From contig DHCY01000006.1 in NCBI GenBank assembly GCA_002399085.1, positions 243 to 64,242 of the forward strand: a stretch of DNA of 64,000 nucleotides. Direction: 5' to 3'. The notes below the pieces were generated by a model. The model saw only the letters and a list, made by a program, of their open reading frames with translations. It was not told where the DNA came from and made no database searches. The stretch is from Anaerolineaceae bacterium UBA4890 (GTDB lineage: Bacteria > Chloroflexota > Anaerolineae > Anaerolineales > Anaerolineaceae). Positions 61,291-64,000 of the stretch are shown here, one piece after another; position 1 is the stretch's first letter; every line of letters begins with the position of its first letter. The position numbers and the translations under genes were made by a program.

Positions 61291-62441
61291 TTCTTTTTCC
61301 TTTTAGTCACTGCAAGAATTTCCTGCCCGTAGGCTGCATAGTGATGAGGGTAATTGTGCATTACCTCAATCAACTGTTCTTCAGATTGGGGATCGTGGTG
61401 GGCAATACGCTCCACCAGGTCTCGTGAGAGCACCGCATTGGAGGGGATGCCTTCTTTTTCACCAATTTCTTTGCGCCAATCGCTCAACTTTTCACGTAGT
61501 TTCATCTCACGGTCTGCGAGTCGGTGATTTTTGCGAGGATTGACTACGATCGGGTTCTCGCGCCACTTTTTGACGACCTGCATCATCTGCTTACCGTAGC
61601 GCTTGATTAGGGCAGGGGAGAGTGAAGGTAGCAAGCCCAGTTGTTCTATGTATTTTGGCTGGGTGGTGGCTATTTCGATCATAGCTTTGTCGGAGAAAAC
61701 CTTGAAAGGTGGTACGTCTCTTTGCTCCGCGATCTTCTCACGCAGGTGATTGAGCTGCTTGAGCAGGCTCAGGGCGGTTGGTTTGAGATCCTGTGAGCCC
61801 TTGACCCGCCAGAGGTCTTCTTCGTGGTCTTTCATTGGTAGGGTGATGCGTGCCAGGGCGGCGCTGTCTTCGAGGACGAATTCCAACCGGTTGGTTTCTT
61901 TCAGTTTTTCCACCAGCAGATCGCGGAGCTGCAGCAGATAGTGCGAATCTCCCTGGGCGTAGACGAGCATCTCCGGGTCGAGCGGGCGCTTGCCCCAGTT
62001 GGCACGCTGGTACTTTTTTTCAAGCTGAATATCAAAATACTTATCCAGTAAGGCAGCCAGCCCGATGGATGGTTCAGCCAGGGCTGTGGCGGCGAGCATG
62101 GTGTCGAAAATATTGACGAATTCGAAGCCAAAATCACGCTTGAGTGTCGCCAGGTCGTAATCGCCGGCATGAAACACTTTTTGAATTTTGGCGTCAGCAA
62201 AAACCTCACCCAAAGGGGTCATATCTTGTATTGGGAAAGGATCGACCAGGTAATCGGTTTCAGGTGTTGAGATCTGCATCAGGCAAACACGTTCCTGGTA
62301 GGCATGCAGGCTGTTCGATTCGGTGTCTACGGCGATGGAAAGCTGTTTTTTTAGGTCTGCCACCATGTGGCTGAGAGTATCCTGCGAATTGACGAGGCGT
62401 GCAGGTGGCAGCGAGAATAAGTTCATAAAATGATTATACAC
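61287..62441 (-). CDS. rnd: ribonuclease D (DEDDy 3'-5' exonuclease plus HRDC)
   Basis: 384 aa: VDTESNSLH, HAGDYD, YAQGDSHYL, and an HRDC-like region (PPFKVFSDKAMIEIA). ATGA overlap with the downstream beta-CASP gene. Confidence 0.8.
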   Translation of the reverse strand: MYNHFMNLFSLPPARLVNSQDTLSHMVADLKKQLSIAVDTESNSLHAYQERVCLMQISTPETDYLVDPFPIQDMTPLGEVFADAKIQKVFHAGDYDLATLKRDFGFEFVNIFDTMLAATALAEPSIGLAALLDKYFDIQLEKKYQRANWGKRPLDPEMLVYAQGDSHYLLQLRDLLVEKLKETNRLEFVLEDSAALARITLPMKDHEEDLWRVKGSQDLKPTALSLLKQLNHLREKIAEQRDVPPFKVFSDKAMIEIATTQPKYIEQLGLLPSLSPALIKRYGKQMMQVVKKWRENPIVVNPRKNHRLADREMKLREKLSDWRKEIGEKEGIPSNAVLSRDLVERIAHHDPQSEEQLIEVMHNYPHHYAAYGQEILAVTKRKKK

Positions 62442-62599
62442 TGGCTGGATTGTTTTCCTGGTGCTGTCGATGTGGAAAATTTGTTAACTTATAGTTGCCC
62501 GATTCTGTTTTCAGTTATCCTATGGTATGATTTTTTCCATCAAAACTCTTCTGCTGCCCCTCAAAAGGCAATGTATTCTAAAGACGTGGAGAACTTCTC

Positions 62600-63250
62600 A
62601 TGACCAAAATCGAATTTACCAGCAACTATCAGGATCTCTCGACCAACGAAGGTTTCCAGTTTGAATTCAACTGCAACCGATGTGGGACCGGTTATCGCAC
62701 CTCGTTTCAACCTTACGCGATTGGCAAGATCAGCGGCGCGCTGGACACTGCCAGCAGCTTGTTTGGAGGTTTATTCAGCCACGCTTCGACAATTGGTGAC
62801 CGGGCTAAAAGCGCGACCTGGGAAAGAGATCACGACAATGCCTTCCTCAAAGCTGCCCAGGAACTGAAAGGCGATTTTGTACAATGCCCGCGCTGCTCTT
62901 CGTGGGTCTGCAGGGAGAAATGCTGGAACACCAGCAAGGGATTATGTAAAAATTGCTCACCAGACCTGGGCGTCGAGATGGCAGCAGCGCAGTCCAGCCG
63001 AACGGTTGAAGAGATCTGGGCACATTCCAAGATGGCGGAAGATGACCGGGCGATGCTTAAAGAAGAAAGCTGGCGTGAAGGCGCAAGAGCAACCTGTCCG
63101 GAATGCGGTGTGGCATTGGGCGAAAAAACCAAGTTCTGTCCAGAGTGCGGTGCGAAGATCTTGCAGGTGGTCTTTTGTAAAGAATGCGGTGCCAAGCTCG
63201 ATGTCGGAACGAAGTTTTGTTCAGAGTGCGGGACGAAGGTTGGGGCGTAA
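62600..63250 (+). CDS. multi-zinc-ribbon protein (unknown function)
   Basis: 216 aa. CNRCG, CPRC...C..KC, CKNC, then three tandem ribbons: CPECG...FCPECG, FCKECG...FCSECG. Confidence 0.6.
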   Translation: MTKIEFTSNYQDLSTNEGFQFEFNCNRCGTGYRTSFQPYAIGKISGALDTASSLFGGLFSHASTIGDRAKSATWERDHDNAFLKAAQELKGDFVQCPRCSSWVCREKCWNTSKGLCKNCSPDLGVEMAAAQSSRTVEEIWAHSKMAEDDRAMLKEESWREGARATCPECGVALGEKTKFCPECGAKILQVVFCKECGAKLDVGTKFCSECGTKVGA

Positions 63251-63313
63251 TCGCCAATTGGTTGAAGATTTCGTATGGCGGGGGCTTGCTCCCACCGCAA
63301 GCCGAGGTGAAGT

Positions 63314-63889
63314 ATGCATTTAGTAATGATCAGACATGGACAACAAGATTATTCCTTAACAGAAGGCAAAGGTTTCAGAGGTCCTGCACGGGAGTTGGCA
63401 CCATTGACTAAGTTGGGGGTTGAACAAGCCGAGGCAGTAGCCCTGGACTCACGCCTGGAAGGCAGCCAACTGATCATTAGTTCGCCATATACGCGCTCTT
63501 TGCAAACAGCAGCGATCATCTCCCGGGTGACTGGCTTGAAAATTGAAGTCGCTTTTGATCTGCACGAATGGCTGATCGATACCAGGTATGAGAATAAAGA
63601 CCAGGAAGATACCTACGCGTCTGTGATGGAAATCAGCGCGTTTGAGGGCGTGCGGCGGGAGGGTGCCAAGCTGCATTGGGAAGGCTATGACCAGGTTGCC
63701 GAGAGAGCCTACGCTGCCCTGCGCCCCTATCTGTATTTGGACAAGGTGATTGTTGTTTGCCATGCCTATGTCATCAAGCAGTTCTATAACCCCGGCAGGA
63801 TCGATTATTGCCAGATTGTTGAAGTGGACTTTGATGAAAACTTCACCTGGCCTGGCTATATAGAACGCGGCACGAAAAGCTGGTACTGA
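63314..63889 (+). CDS. histidine phosphatase (phosphoglycerate-mutase-like) family protein
   Basis: 191 aa. N-terminal MIRHGQ (RHG motif) and a late CHAYV His. Confidence 0.8.
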   Translation: MHLVMIRHGQQDYSLTEGKGFRGPARELAPLTKLGVEQAEAVALDSRLEGSQLIISSPYTRSLQTAAIISRVTGLKIEVAFDLHEWLIDTRYENKDQEDTYASVMEISAFEGVRREGAKLHWEGYDQVAERAYAALRPYLYLDKVIVVCHAYVIKQFYNPGRIDYCQIVEVDFDENFTWPGYIERGTKSWY

Positions 63890-64000
63890 TGCGAGCGGTT
63901 TTACAGAGAGTCAGTTTCGGGAAAGTAACCGTGGAGGGCGAGGAAGTTGCCTCAATCGGCAAGGGGCTGGTCATTTTATTGGGAGTTGGTCCGGAGGATG
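63889..64000 (+). CDS. dtd: D-aminoacyl-tRNA deacylase; the 3' end runs off the window
   Basis: Absent from the ORF track. Manual translation from the ATG at 63889 (TGATG overlap with the previous stop) gives [37 protein letters not shown], a typical Dtd N-terminus. Confidence 0.8.
   Translation, partial: MRAVLQRVSFGKVTVEGEEVASIGKGLVILLGVGPED

Overview
This is a densely coding bacterial chromosomal segment with about 62 protein-coding genes on both strands and one tRNA-Ser(CGA). I saw no rRNA, CRISPR array, integrase, transposase or phage genes. Two genes run off the window edges and are absent from the ORF track: cdsA at the left edge and dtd at the right edge.

Most content is housekeeping or metabolic:
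- frr-uppS-cdsA
- a ChvE/GguAB-type monosaccharide ABC transporter
- pepT
- zur-znuACB, divergent from slyD
- ychF, surE, sbcD, suhB, gdhA, osmC and hutU
- a beta-CASP RNase plus RNase D

The modules most worth follow-up are:
1. A minimal two-subunit cytosolic-type [NiFe]-hydrogenase. It has no known redox partner nearby and is tightly linked to an internally duplicated polytopic membrane protein.
2. A six-gene, overlap-coupled operon: Cys-tailed RidA, a family 2 glycosyltransferase (GT2), a polyprenyl-phosphate glycosylphosphotransferase (PGT), two FemAB-type transferases and an ACC-deaminase/D-Cys-desulfhydrase-like PLP enzyme. An ABC-2 exporter operon follows it.
3. A divergent pair made of an FHA plus OmpR-type winged-helix regulator and a tail-anchored Ser/Thr kinase.
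4. An ATP-cone fused to a P-loop uridine-kinase-like protein.

Several intergenic regions carry unusual repeats:
- a palindromic GTCATYCTGA...GAAGRATCTT family at four loci
- a 159-bp tandem repeat
- heptanucleotide arrays
- two perfect DnaA-box nonamers
- twin 15-bp palindromes upstream of sbcD

The gene content is compatible with a Chloroflexota-like organism, but that is only a guess. All functional calls rest on motif recognition by eye; no database search was run.
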